Shown here one piece after another: positions 17,971-25,319 of a stretch of DNA of 36,074 nucleotides (its first letter is position 1; each line of letters starts with the position of its first letter). Both the position numbers and the translations under genes were made by a program. The stretch comes from a virus. The DNA lies in the IMG/VR virus record IMGVR_UViG_3300045988_089796, one strand, 5' to 3'. Below the pieces are notes generated by a model. The model had not been told where the DNA came from and ran no database searches. It worked only from the letters and a program-made list of their open reading frames with translations.

Positions 17971-18588
17971 CTAAAATCCTTTCTCAAGATGACGGTTAGT
18001 GAGTATATCTTTACGACTCATCTCAAAAGTCTCAAGGCAGTGTGGACACATGATTTCAAGGGTAGCGTCTTGTCGTTCCTCTGATTTTTTCTCAAACTGT
18101 TCTTCCAGTTCTTTCTCTTTTTTCTCGACTTGCTCGTCGGTGATTTCAAAGTCTAAGTCCTTAAAGCCTGCCTCTAAGTTAATCTCAGGGAAGAATGACT
18201 TCACCGTTAATGGGTCGATAAACTCTTTCAACTCCAAGGTGAGGTTGTCAATGTCCCAGTTTGAGTACTCGCTGGTCTTGTTATCAACCACTCGGAATTC
18301 CTTAGCTTTCTTCTTGTCCATTTCTGAGACGATTACAGCCACGGTGTCGAACTTTTTGTATAGTTTCCCATCTTTGTCGCTATTGAGCCTCTGAAGTGCC
18401 TTAAAACGCGTATGACCAGCTATTATGACGTTATCTTTGTCCACAATGATTGGCACTTGGTATCCGTAAGTCTCGATAGACTCCATAACTTTCTGAACAG
18501 CCTCATCATTATTATCTCTTGGGTTTCGCCAGTACGGCTGGATTTTACTAAGCTTTATCTGTGTCAGTTTGTTTGTCGGCGTTTCCAT
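17971..18588 (-). CDS. ParB N-terminal-domain (ParB/Srx-like nuclease) protein with a C-terminal zinc ribbon
   Basis: I favour the start METPTNKLTQIKLSKIQPYWRNPR (ATG at 18588, AAGGAGAAG RBS). The track ORF extends to 18672. The motif VIIAGHTRFKALQRL is ParB-like, and CPHC is at the C-terminus. Confidence 0.65.
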   Translation of the reverse strand: METPTNKLTQIKLSKIQPYWRNPRDNNDEAVQKVMESIETYGYQVPIIVDKDNVIIAGHTRFKALQRLNSDKDGKLYKKFDTVAVIVSEMDKKKAKEFRVVDNKTSEYSNWDIDNLTLELKEFIDPLTVKSFFPEINLEAGFKDLDFEITDEQVEKKEKELEEQFEKKSEERQDATLEIMCPHCLETFEMSRKDILTNRHLEKGF

Positions 18589-19219
18589 TTTTCTTCTCCT
18601 TTTCTTTCCATTCTTTTTTATATTTGAGCTGTTTGTCTGTTTCCCAAGACTTTCCATACTCAACGTCTTCAAATAGTTTACTAAAGCCCGTGATGTGTTT
18701 CAATCGTGCTAACTCTTCCGCCTCAAGCCCTAGCTCTTTACAGATTTCTTGGTCGCTCTTCCCGTTTTGAAGCATATCAAAAACGATTGTACTCATCCCT
18801 GCGACTGAGTGCTTGCCTCTCGCTCGGTTGTGTCGAACGGTAGACGCCATTCTTTCGTTGATGTCTTTATTCAAAACCACGCACGGAAGATATCCGTTAT
18901 TCAGCTCGTAGATATCTTTGTTAGTCCTCATAGTCGTGTAGCGGTGAAATCCGTCCACAATGACATACTTCTGGATACTCTCATCCCAGATGGTTACGAC
19001 CGGCATTGTGTAGGTGTCGTGGAAGATTGACAGATACAAAAGCCTCATCTCGTTACGGGCTACAGCGTTTGGGTTGTAGTCGTTAGCTTGCACTTGCTCA
19101 ATCGGTATGAACTTCACATTAGCTACGGCGTTATGTTTACAAAACTCTGGTAGGTGTGAGTTGTCTACCTCGTAAATTGGGCGTTTCTCGGTGTTCTCTT
19201 TTTGTTCCATTTTAGTCAT
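18548..19219 (-). CDS. IbrB-like ParB-domain protein
   Basis: 223 aa. The ParB/Srx fold motifs are FIPIEQVQANDYNPN...VIVDGFHRYTTMR. It overlaps the stop of the upstream PAPS-reductase-like gene. Confidence 0.65.
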   Translation of the reverse strand: MTKMEQKENTEKRPIYEVDNSHLPEFCKHNAVANVKFIPIEQVQANDYNPNAVARNEMRLLYLSIFHDTYTMPVVTIWDESIQKYVIVDGFHRYTTMRTNKDIYELNNGYLPCVVLNKDINERMASTVRHNRARGKHSVAGMSTIVFDMLQNGKSDQEICKELGLEAEELARLKHITGFSKLFEDVEYGKSWETDKQLKYKKEWKEKEKKNGNADKQTDTDKA

Positions 19220-20342
19220 AAACTTTCTCTCCTCTCATTCGTCTACGTGCTAATACTTGGTGTGGATTATTCTCCCAGTTTTTAAGCTTCGTTAAAGCGT
19301 CATCGTTATTCACTATTGAGTTCACATGAAGCTTATACAGTTCTTTGTCAGGGACGATACCAGCATAAAGCCTCTCATGCTCGGCAAACTTTCTGGCAAG
19401 CTTGTTCTTTAGCTCGTCATTGTTGACGATAAGCTTATCCAGTAAATAATCTCTGTACTCTTTCCAGCTCGTGAACATGAACGGTAGTTCTTTCACCCAA
19501 AAATCTTCAAAGCCCATTTTGGCGGCAGTGTCTACACCGTTGAGCCTCGCTACGACTCTGTTATAAGTATCTGCCTCAAACTCTTGTAAAAAGAATAGCG
19601 ACCTCACCGCGGTAACGTGAACAAGGCTCGACACTCGCATGTCTCTGACTGAAGTTCCGTACTGGTACATCACGTCGTAAAGCTTAGAATAAGTCCAGCC
19701 GTTGTCGTGAATGGCTTTCCAAACATCAACATAGCTCCAATCGTAAATCGGGTAAAACGTGTACTGGTCTTTACCTTTGAGCCTCTTACCCCAAGTAATC
19801 CACTTATAAGTTACAAGATTAGTCAACCCTGTAAAGCGCGTCGGTGATTCTTCAGTGCGAACTCCGCCTAACATTGCTACCCGTTGACCTGCGAACTCTT
19901 TAGCTATAACAGCGTCGTACATTTCGCTAAATCTATCCACTCCGTACGTATTCTCTTTGATTGAGATAGGGTCTTTCTCGTGTATCCACTTGTCTTTTTC
20001 GTTCTCGTCCCAAGCGTGGAGAAAAGCTTTTTCTTTGTCTTGTGCCGCGGTGGAGTTGAACATCTTAAAGGGTACTTGTATCCAGTACGGCTTCACCCTC
20101 GGGTCATACATCACTTCCCTTACTACGTCTATCGTAGACTGCCACTCCGCCTCTTGGTCTATGAACAATACAGGCAGTGGAAGCCTCCCCAGCTCCTCCG
20201 CGACTTCCAAGGCGAGGTGGAAAACTACGACGCTGTCTTTACCTCCACTGAATGCTACTACTACATTGGGGAAGTCCTCAAAAAGCTCTCGAATACGTCT
20301 CTTTGAAGCTTCATAAACATTCTCTTTTGAATAATATTTCAT
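19212..20342 (-). CDS. IbrA-like PAPS reductase / PP-loop ATP pyrophosphatase family protein
   Basis: 376 aa. It carries the PP-loop VVAFSGGKDSVVV and a long helical C-terminal extension. It is paired with a ParB-like gene as in IbrA/IbrB and DndC/DndB-type pairs. Confidence 0.7.
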   Translation of the reverse strand: MKYYSKENVYEASKRRIRELFEDFPNVVVAFSGGKDSVVVFHLALEVAEELGRLPLPVLFIDQEAEWQSTIDVVREVMYDPRVKPYWIQVPFKMFNSTAAQDKEKAFLHAWDENEKDKWIHEKDPISIKENTYGVDRFSEMYDAVIAKEFAGQRVAMLGGVRTEESPTRFTGLTNLVTYKWITWGKRLKGKDQYTFYPIYDWSYVDVWKAIHDNGWTYSKLYDVMYQYGTSVRDMRVSSLVHVTAVRSLFFLQEFEADTYNRVVARLNGVDTAAKMGFEDFWVKELPFMFTSWKEYRDYLLDKLIVNNDELKNKLARKFAEHERLYAGIVPDKELYKLHVNSIVNNDDALTKLKNWENNPHQVLARRRMRGEKVYD

Positions 20343-20770
20343 CTTCCTCCTAAATCCTTTTTATATATAGTATGACAATTGCAACTGCCACTACAAGTAT
20401 CACATAAATCACTGAACCATTTCGGTATTTCTTCAGGTGAGACTACCTTGAAGCCCCTTTCCTCAAGTGCTACTGACCTAGCAGGCTTAAATAGTATCAC
20501 GCTTTCAGTCTCGACCTCTCCCATAATCTTGTCAAGCATAGTATAGCCAATTCCTCGCCCTCGATATTCTGGATGAACTACCTGGGCTCCTATTTCCGTG
20601 AACTCACCTAAAACGCCTGTAATTGCGATATGTCCTATCGTCTTTTCGTCGACTGCTAAAACTGACGTGTCGTATTCTTCTCTCGGCTTTAGCATTCCAT
20701 CAGTTACGTTGCGGTTCAAAAGCTCTACAGTTTGACTATCTAGCCTCCCGTGATTGATTCTATACTCCAT
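20339..20770 (-). CDS. GNAT-family N-acetyltransferase with a Cys-rich C-terminus
   Basis: 143 aa. The acetyl-CoA binding motif is VVHPEYRGRGIGYTMLDKI. The C-terminus is CDTCSGSCNCH. Confidence 0.7.
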   Translation of the reverse strand: MEYRINHGRLDSQTVELLNRNVTDGMLKPREEYDTSVLAVDEKTIGHIAITGVLGEFTEIGAQVVHPEYRGRGIGYTMLDKIMGEVETESVILFKPARSVALEERGFKVVSPEEIPKWFSDLCDTCSGSCNCHTIYKKDLGGR

Positions 20771-20771
20771 C

Positions 20772-21563
20772 TCACCTCTTTCTATTCTTCAAGTGCATAG
20801 CTCTTGCGAAAGGCGTGAGGTCAGAACTTATAGGCTCATGGTGATTATTTCCCTTAGTCGCATACTTGTCTTTCTTGGCTCTCTTATAGTCGAATATTTC
20901 AGGATGAGGCACTACTGCGTCGTGCTTGTGTCTCCAGTCTTTCAGCCCTCCCTTGGTTACGACAGCGTGAACTATCAAAGAACCTAAATATCTGTAGTTT
21001 TCGTAACCGTTCACATAAGCCTTTGCTGATATCTCAGAGTCTTCATATCCGATATTGTCTGGCATAGAGATTATCAAGTCTCGAATACGCCTGCCAAAGA
21101 CCATTCCTCCTGCCGTGTGAACTATACTTTGCTTTATGAATTCCGACTTCATCTTGGGTATCTTTTTTTGAGCTAATTCAAAAGTGCGTCCCCAATTTCC
21201 AGAAACACAGCCTACAAAATCGTACTTCAGAACCATCTTAGCCATCGTGTTGTAGTTTTGAGTGGGTAAAATTATCATGTCATCGTCTAGGTTGCAATAA
21301 ACGTCATAGTCTGATTGATAACACAGCTTGCGTCCTCCGAAGCAACCTAAGGGCTTCTCAGAGGTTTTGAAGACAGTTCTGTCCGTCAACCCCAATTCAT
21401 CAATAAAGCGCGTCATATCGTCTCTCTCAGCCTCTGAGTAGCATTGAGCAGCTATGAGAATATCCCAGGTGTCGTCCACCTCGGCTTTGATAGACTCTAA
21501 CAGCCTTTTAAGCCCCTGTATTCTGTTAGGAACAGTCGGGATTACAAAAGCTTTAGTCGCCAT
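20772..21563 (-). CDS. GT-A fold (family 2-like) glycosyltransferase
   Basis: 263 aa. The N-terminus (FVIPTVPNRIQGLKRLLESI) and a DDD motif (NLDDDMIIL) are typical of GT-A enzymes. Confidence 0.55.
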   Translation of the reverse strand: MATKAFVIPTVPNRIQGLKRLLESIKAEVDDTWDILIAAQCYSEAERDDMTRFIDELGLTDRTVFKTSEKPLGCFGGRKLCYQSDYDVYCNLDDDMIILPTQNYNTMAKMVLKYDFVGCVSGNWGRTFELAQKKIPKMKSEFIKQSIVHTAGGMVFGRRIRDLIISMPDNIGYEDSEISAKAYVNGYENYRYLGSLIVHAVVTKGGLKDWRHKHDAVVPHPEIFDYKRAKKDKYATKGNNHHEPISSDLTPFARAMHLKNRKR

Positions 21564-21855
21564 ACACCCTGTCCTGTTCTCCCTTTAATGACCTGTTCAG
21601 TATCCACTCCGCGGACATAGGCTTATTGCCTGTCCAGTATTTATGACCGTTCACCTTATAGACTGTGAATGTAGCTCTAAAGTATTTTTCAGGTTCGCCG
21701 TTTTCTCTTATGAACTGAACTGCCTTTTCGTATTCTGCTCGTCGCGGGTGGTTCGCCTTACAAACTATGTATTCGTGAGGGGATTTCTTGGCGTAAGTCT
21801 TGGCAAACGTCCAGTCCCAGCTCTCCACAAACTTTATAAATTCTTCTTTTGTCAT
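21553..21855 (-). CDS. Conserved phage hypothetical protein (W-x-FAKTY...PHEY motif)
   Basis: 100 aa. It is translationally coupled to its neighbours, with ATGA and other overlaps. Confidence 0.5.
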   Translation of the reverse strand: MTKEEFIKFVESWDWTFAKTYAKKSPHEYIVCKANHPRRAEYEKAVQFIRENGEPEKYFRATFTVYKVNGHKYWTGNKPMSAEWILNRSLKGEQDRVYGD

Positions 21856-22019
21856 TCTATCTCCCTCCCATTTTTAACAAGCTTAAGATATTGTCGGGTT
21901 TTTCTACGAAAGACTCGGTTAGCCATCACGTATACAGCCTTACATCCGTCTTCAAACTTACAGCAGAAGCCTTTAGTTCCCCACACTTTATAACGCTTTG
22001 CTGATTTAATTCTAGGCAT
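21852..22019 (-). CDS. Small basic Cys-containing hypothetical protein (55 aa)
   Basis: The ATG at 22019 lies 7 nt after GAGGGGGA. The translation is MPRIKSAKRYKVWGTKGFCCKFEDGCKAVYVMANRVFRRKTRQYLKLVKNGREIE. Its stop overlaps the next ATG (ATGA). The ORF falls below the track cut-off. Confidence 0.45.
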   Translation of the reverse strand: MPRIKSAKRYKVWGTKGFCCKFEDGCKAVYVMANRVFRRKTRQYLKLVKNGREIE

Positions 22020-22133
22020 TGTCATTCCCCCTCGACATTAGTGCTGGGCTACACGTACTAGCTGATATGTTACCTCGCCCTTGTAAATACCAGATTACGT
22101 TCGAGCGGAGGGAACTCCATAGCCCAGCTGGTT

Positions 22134-22334
22134 TTATGATACAGCAAAATACCAAAGCCATACAGTAGCCCAGAATGTCGTCAAAATCGTCAAGACGGTG
22201 ATTATCCATTTTGCGATGTTCAGCGCGTTACAGAGCCTCTCACGGCGTTGTAGCACCCGTTTTTCTTTGAGTTGTTCATCGCGAACCCAAGCTCTGGTTG
22301 ATATAAAGGTGGTTGTGGTGTTTATTTCGTTCAT
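22134..22334 (-). CDS. Small membrane protein
   Basis: 66 aa with a C-terminal TM helix (WIITVLTILTTFWATVWLWYFAV). It is the first gene after promoter 22341..22369. Confidence 0.5.
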   Translation of the reverse strand: MNEINTTTTFISTRAWVRDEQLKEKRVLQRRERLCNALNIAKWIITVLTILTTFWATVWLWYFAVS

Positions 22335-22340
22335 ATTCTT

Positions 22341-22369
22341 AGTTTATATCATCGTGCTTATGTTGTCAA
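22341..22369 (-). promoter_or_regulatory. Sigma-70/SigA-type promoter (TTGACA-17-TAAACT), member of a 4-copy family
   Basis: The minus strand reads TTGACAacataagcacgatgataTAAACT. It shares the spacer motif TAAGCACG with the other three copies. Confidence 0.6.
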
Positions 22370-22374
22370 CACTT

Positions 22375-22773
22375 TTATTCAAAAATCATATTTTTTGCGT
22401 CTGTTATCCTGAACTCGGCGAAAGAATCGTCAATACCGTCAGTGTTTAATTTCTTGTCAGAGACGATTGGATATCCGAATCTTTTCCAATCAGCGTATAT
22501 GTATAACCAAATCTCACTGATGAAGTACTGTCTCTTTGGGTTTGTTGACTGATATCTTCTTAAGAATATGACGTTGATGTCTCTATCTTGTTTACGTATA
22601 TAGTTCAGTTTCTCATTCAGGTAAAATCGACTAAGGTCGTTTCCGTTTGAGCTGTCAATCCACATAAAGCCAATTTCTGAAGACCCTCGCTTGAATTGTG
22701 GATTATCTTTGTAAAAGCTTTCCCAGTATCTACGGAAGATTTTGCTGTTTGAACATACTACTAAATTAGTCAT
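22375..22773 (-). CDS. Hypothetical protein
   Basis: I favour the start MTNLVVCSNSKIF (ATG at 22773), which overlaps the upstream stop by 8 nt. The track ORF extends to 22800. Confidence 0.5.
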   Translation of the reverse strand: MTNLVVCSNSKIFRRYWESFYKDNPQFKRGSSEIGFMWIDSSNGNDLSRFYLNEKLNYIRKQDRDINVIFLRRYQSTNPKRQYFISEIWLYIYADWKRFGYPIVSDKKLNTDGIDDSFAEFRITDAKNMIFE

Positions 22774-23077
22774 TGGCTTTCTCATAAAGCACCCTCTCAA
22801 TTCCCTTTACTTTTTCCGTATAGTATTCAATCTTTTCTACTAATTCGTATGTGTAGATTTTCTCAGTTGATTTTGAACGTCGGTCAAGCTCTTGTAGTTT
22901 TGAGTAACCGTAAGTTTTAATCATGAACAAAGCGTACGCGGTGTAGTTTCCATTTAAGAAAATATTACAGCGCTTGCAATTGTGATGAGCCAATCCATCA
23001 GCTATAAATGTGCCTGTAGAAGTTTGCACTGCGTAAACTCTCCTAGGCTCAACTTTTTTGATTGACTTTACTCGCAT
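22766..23077 (-). CDS. ninG: Split-intein C-fragment (33 aa) fused to the C-extein of a NinG/Rap-like nuclease
   Basis: It has its own strong RBS (GGAGGAGGAGAAGTT-ATG). MRVKSIKKVEPRRVYAVQTSTGTFIADGLAHHN corresponds to intein blocks F/G and ends in HN. It is followed by C(+1)KRCNIFLNGNYTAY, the CxxCN...GN..Y motif of NinG. Confidence 0.75.
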   Translation of the reverse strand: MRVKSIKKVEPRRVYAVQTSTGTFIADGLAHHNCKRCNIFLNGNYTAYALFMIKTYGYSKLQELDRRSKSTEKIYTYELVEKIEYYTEKVKGIERVLYEKAND

Positions 23078-23857
23078 AACTTCTCCTCCTCCCTGTGATT
23101 AAGTGAGCTACTGTCGAATATGGCATTCCAACTTGTTCTCCAGCTTTTTTATATGAAAGCCCACTCTCAACTAGTGATATTACCGTTAGACATTGTTTTT
23201 TGGTGTATTTTAGATTTGTTCCGCTGTCTTTTGGCAGCAGAGCAATCCTCCCGTTATCAATAGCGTGTCTCATATTTTCTTTATGACTTACCCATTCAAG
23301 GTTTTCGATTGAGTTATTTTGTTTATTGAAGTCTTTATGATTTACCTCTGGCTTGTTTTCTGGATTTGGTATAAAAGCACTAGCTACAAGTCTATGCACC
23401 TGGTAGTTGCCGTTGGTAGTTCTTGCATAATAGTATCCTCTTTTGTTTTTTTGGATACGTCTTTTTCTTAGCGTGCCATCATCATGATAAGTGCGAGAAC
23501 TCCACACAGTGCCGTCCTCGGCTATGTACCATTTAGTATGTTTCGTCTCGTCAAATAGTGCTTTTTTCATAGTTCAAAAATATCATACGTAGACTGACTT
23601 TGCAACATACAATTTATACACTTCCAGCTACCGTTCGCAACCACCTTGTGGTCGCCTGTAGCATAGAACTTGTCGCCGTTCTCCATTTCAACCTCGTATA
23701 GTTCGCTAGGTATAAAGCTATCAGTACTTTCAACGATTGCAACTTTAGGCTCGAAAGTATCTTCATCGAAAGCCCACAATTTATCTCCAACTTTAACGTC
23801 TGCTATGCTTTTATTCGTGCCGTTAAACATTCTAAGCCTGCTGTCCTCTGTCAGGCA
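22979..23857 (-). mobile_element. Split intein plus homing endonuclease gene insertion (IntN 23570..23857, HNH gene 23049..23570, IntC 22979..23077)
   Basis: See the three CDS entries above. The insertion sits exactly in the catalytic/zinc motif HPQ|CKRCN of the host gene. Confidence 0.7.
23049..23570 (-). CDS. Free-standing HNH homing endonuclease (NUMOD4-like N-terminus, HNH_3-like core, C-terminal HTH)
   Basis: 173 aa. Motifs are WYIAEDGTVWS, GYYYARTTNGNYQVHRLVASAF, PEVNHKDFNKQNNSIENLEWVSHKEN and the HTH LSYKKAGEQVGMPYSTVAHLITG. Its ATG overlaps the IntN stop (ATGA). It is in a different frame from both intein halves. Confidence 0.8.
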   Translation of the reverse strand: MKKALFDETKHTKWYIAEDGTVWSSRTYHDDGTLRKRRIQKNKRGYYYARTTNGNYQVHRLVASAFIPNPENKPEVNHKDFNKQNNSIENLEWVSHKENMRHAIDNGRIALLPKDSGTNLKYTKKQCLTVISLVESGLSYKKAGEQVGMPYSTVAHLITGRRRSYASKVNQKS

Positions 23858-24094
23858 CTGTGGATGTACATTGTCTTCGCTCCACCTTGTCGCATACTTC
23901 CCTCGTGAGATGTAGTGTCCAGCGTCCATCTTTGTGATATCTTGAACTACTCCACACGTACAGCACTTATTCAGTATTCTGCGGTCGGGGGTGATTTTTG
24001 CACCCCGCAACCTTACCCATTTTGAGAAGATTGAGTCTAACCGTTTGACTACCTCTCCTCTGGTCATTTTCTTATTTTTGATGTTAGTCTTCAT
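23567..24094 (-). CDS. ninG: N-extein of a NinG/Rap-like nuclease fused to a split-intein N-fragment (96 aa)
   Basis: I favour the start MKTNIKNKKMTRGE (ATG at 24094, AAGGAG RBS). The extein (LDSIFSKWVRLRG...CCTCG...DAGHYISRGKYATRWSEDNVHPQ) has the NinG pattern. From the Cys codon at 23857..23855 onward, CLTEDSRLRMFNGTNKSIADVKVGDKLWAF...FYATGDHKVV corresponds to Hint blocks A/B. Confidence 0.75.
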   Translation of the reverse strand: MKTNIKNKKMTRGEVVKRLDSIFSKWVRLRGAKITPDRRILNKCCTCGVVQDITKMDAGHYISRGKYATRWSEDNVHPQCLTEDSRLRMFNGTNKSIADVKVGDKLWAFDEDTFEPKVAIVESTDSFIPSELYEVEMENGDKFYATGDHKVVANGSWKCINCMLQSQSTYDIFEL

Positions 24095-24368
24095 AATTCT
24101 CCTTGATGAACTTCCTCGCCTGTCTGAACGTTCTGAACCTACCCAGAATTTCCACCTCGCCATCTACTCTTGCCAGCTCTATGTTGTGTTTTCTCAGTCT
24201 AGCCACATCCGCATACAGTTTTTCAATCCTCTTAGCTTCTTCTGGGGTGATACACGTCTTTATCTCTTCGAAGTGAGGCGGTATTCTTAGGTTCACAATT
24301 GAGAAAATCGCACCGCTCGCTTCCCAAGCCTCTTGTCGTTTCGGGTCTCCAGCTCTTAATCGTTTCAT
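24084..24368 (-). CDS. Hypothetical protein
   Basis: 94 aa. It abuts the stop of the upstream gene at 24369. Confidence 0.5.
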   Translation of the reverse strand: MKRLRAGDPKRQEAWEASGAIFSIVNLRIPPHFEEIKTCITPEEAKRIEKLYADVARLRKHNIELARVDGEVEILGRFRTFRQARKFIKENYED

Positions 24369-25313
24369 TTATTTACTCCCCAGCATGCAACCTATGAAGT
24401 TCTCGGTTTGGTCTTCGAATATTGTCTTTTTGAGGTCTTTCTCAAGCTTATCCATATCGTTATCTATTTGGTCTTCCCGTAACAATTTACTGCCAATCAC
24501 GACGTTGAACTCGTTGTTGTATTCTTGCTTGATTATATCCTCCAGATTGGTATTGTGCCAGAATTGACTAGAGTTTCCATAGCCAAAGGGTTCAATCGTA
24601 GGCGAATTCTCTCGAAATTTGAACTGACAGCGTCTGAAAAAATCAGAGTGCGTAGCAATAGCTATATCGTTTATATTAAAGACCTCATCGAACTTCTTGA
24701 CTACTATCTCGCAGTGTGAGTTATCGTTCGTATACATAACAGTGATTGCACACCGAACCTGGTTAGTTTCCAACCAATCTACCAGCCGTTTTACTCGCTC
24801 AGACCGTTTATTTATTAGCTCGTGGTCGACCTCACAGCTTGCCATAGCTGGTATCAAAATATTTACGCGCTTAGAACGTGGATTTCCGTTGTACATACTC
24901 CCGAAAGTCTCTGGTATCCCCTCGACGTATCTGCCCATGTCGATGAAGTCGCCTGTAACGTCATACTCTATACTCATACCAGCACTATCACCGCCCAAAA
25001 TCTTGTCGTCTTTCTCGATGAAGTTTGCAACCTTAGACGGATTATTTTTGAAAGTGTCTATCGCCTCATCGTAAGTATCGAAGAAGTAGAATTCGTCTTT
25101 ACCCCTCCTTTGAGAACTGTCTCCATACTTCCCAATCTTCAAACTCGTCTCTGTCAAAGCGTTTAAGAATATGTCGACACCCTCGAACTTTCCACAAAGC
25201 TCTCTGATTTCAAGATATTTTAGGCTTGTCTTGGTTCTGTTGCCGACCCTGCCAAAGATGTAGCCGTCCCCTCGCTCGATATCTGCCAAAGTGTTATAGT
25301 CTATCAGTTCCAC
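24369..25313 (-). CDS. Partner protein of the AAA+ ATPase. It may have a vWA-like fold with a degenerate MIDAS, but this is an inference.
   Basis: 314 aa, 6 nt downstream of the ATPase gene. The segment RVNILIPAMASCEVDHELINKRSERVKRLVDWLETNQVRCAITVMY has the beta-alpha-beta rhythm of a vWA/Rossmann-like core. Confidence 0.35.
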   Translation of the reverse strand: MELIDYNTLADIERGDGYIFGRVGNRTKTSLKYLEIRELCGKFEGVDIFLNALTETSLKIGKYGDSSQRRGKDEFYFFDTYDEAIDTFKNNPSKVANFIEKDDKILGGDSAGMSIEYDVTGDFIDMGRYVEGIPETFGSMYNGNPRSKRVNILIPAMASCEVDHELINKRSERVKRLVDWLETNQVRCAITVMYTNDNSHCEIVVKKFDEVFNINDIAIATHSDFFRRCQFKFRENSPTIEPFGYGNSSQFWHNTNLEDIIKQEYNNEFNVVIGSKLLREDQIDNDMDKLEKDLKKTIFEDQTENFIGCMLGSK

Positions 25314-25319
25314 AACGAC

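Noticed and set aside
17971-19219. The two ParB-domain genes as a plasmid-prophage partition system
   Set aside because: There is no ParA/Walker ATPase partner and no clustered parS-like repeats. One ParB gene is translationally coupled to a PAPS-reductase-like gene, which is the IbrA/IbrB arrangement.
17259-21993. Plus-strand ORFs antisense to terL, the PAPS reductase gene and ORF 21553..21855 (17259..17723, 19957..20316, 21643..21993)
   Set aside because: They are shadow ORFs of well-supported minus-strand genes. They have no RBS, no recognisable motifs and no promoter.
22043-22130. A tRNA or tRNA-like gene suggested by the 9-bp closing stem
   Set aside because: There is no D-arm consensus and no T-loop (GTTCGAATC-like) consensus. 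The internal hairpin has a 4-nt loop, and the length and arm spacing do not fit a cloverleaf on either strand.
22012-22209. 65-aa minus-strand ORF overlapping the membrane-protein gene and the structured intergenic region
   Set aside because: It has no SD and overlaps ORF 22134..22334 in another frame. Its composition is unconvincing. The small ORF 21852..22019, which has a strong SD, explains the downstream part better.
23049-23570. The HNH protein's C-terminal HTH as a Hin/Gin-type invertase that could drive the tail-fibre inversion
   Set aside because: The N-terminal two-thirds is clearly NUMOD4/HNH, not a serine-recombinase catalytic domain. There is no YxRVSTxxQ-type motif, so the HTH is more likely the DNA-binding module of the homing endonuclease.
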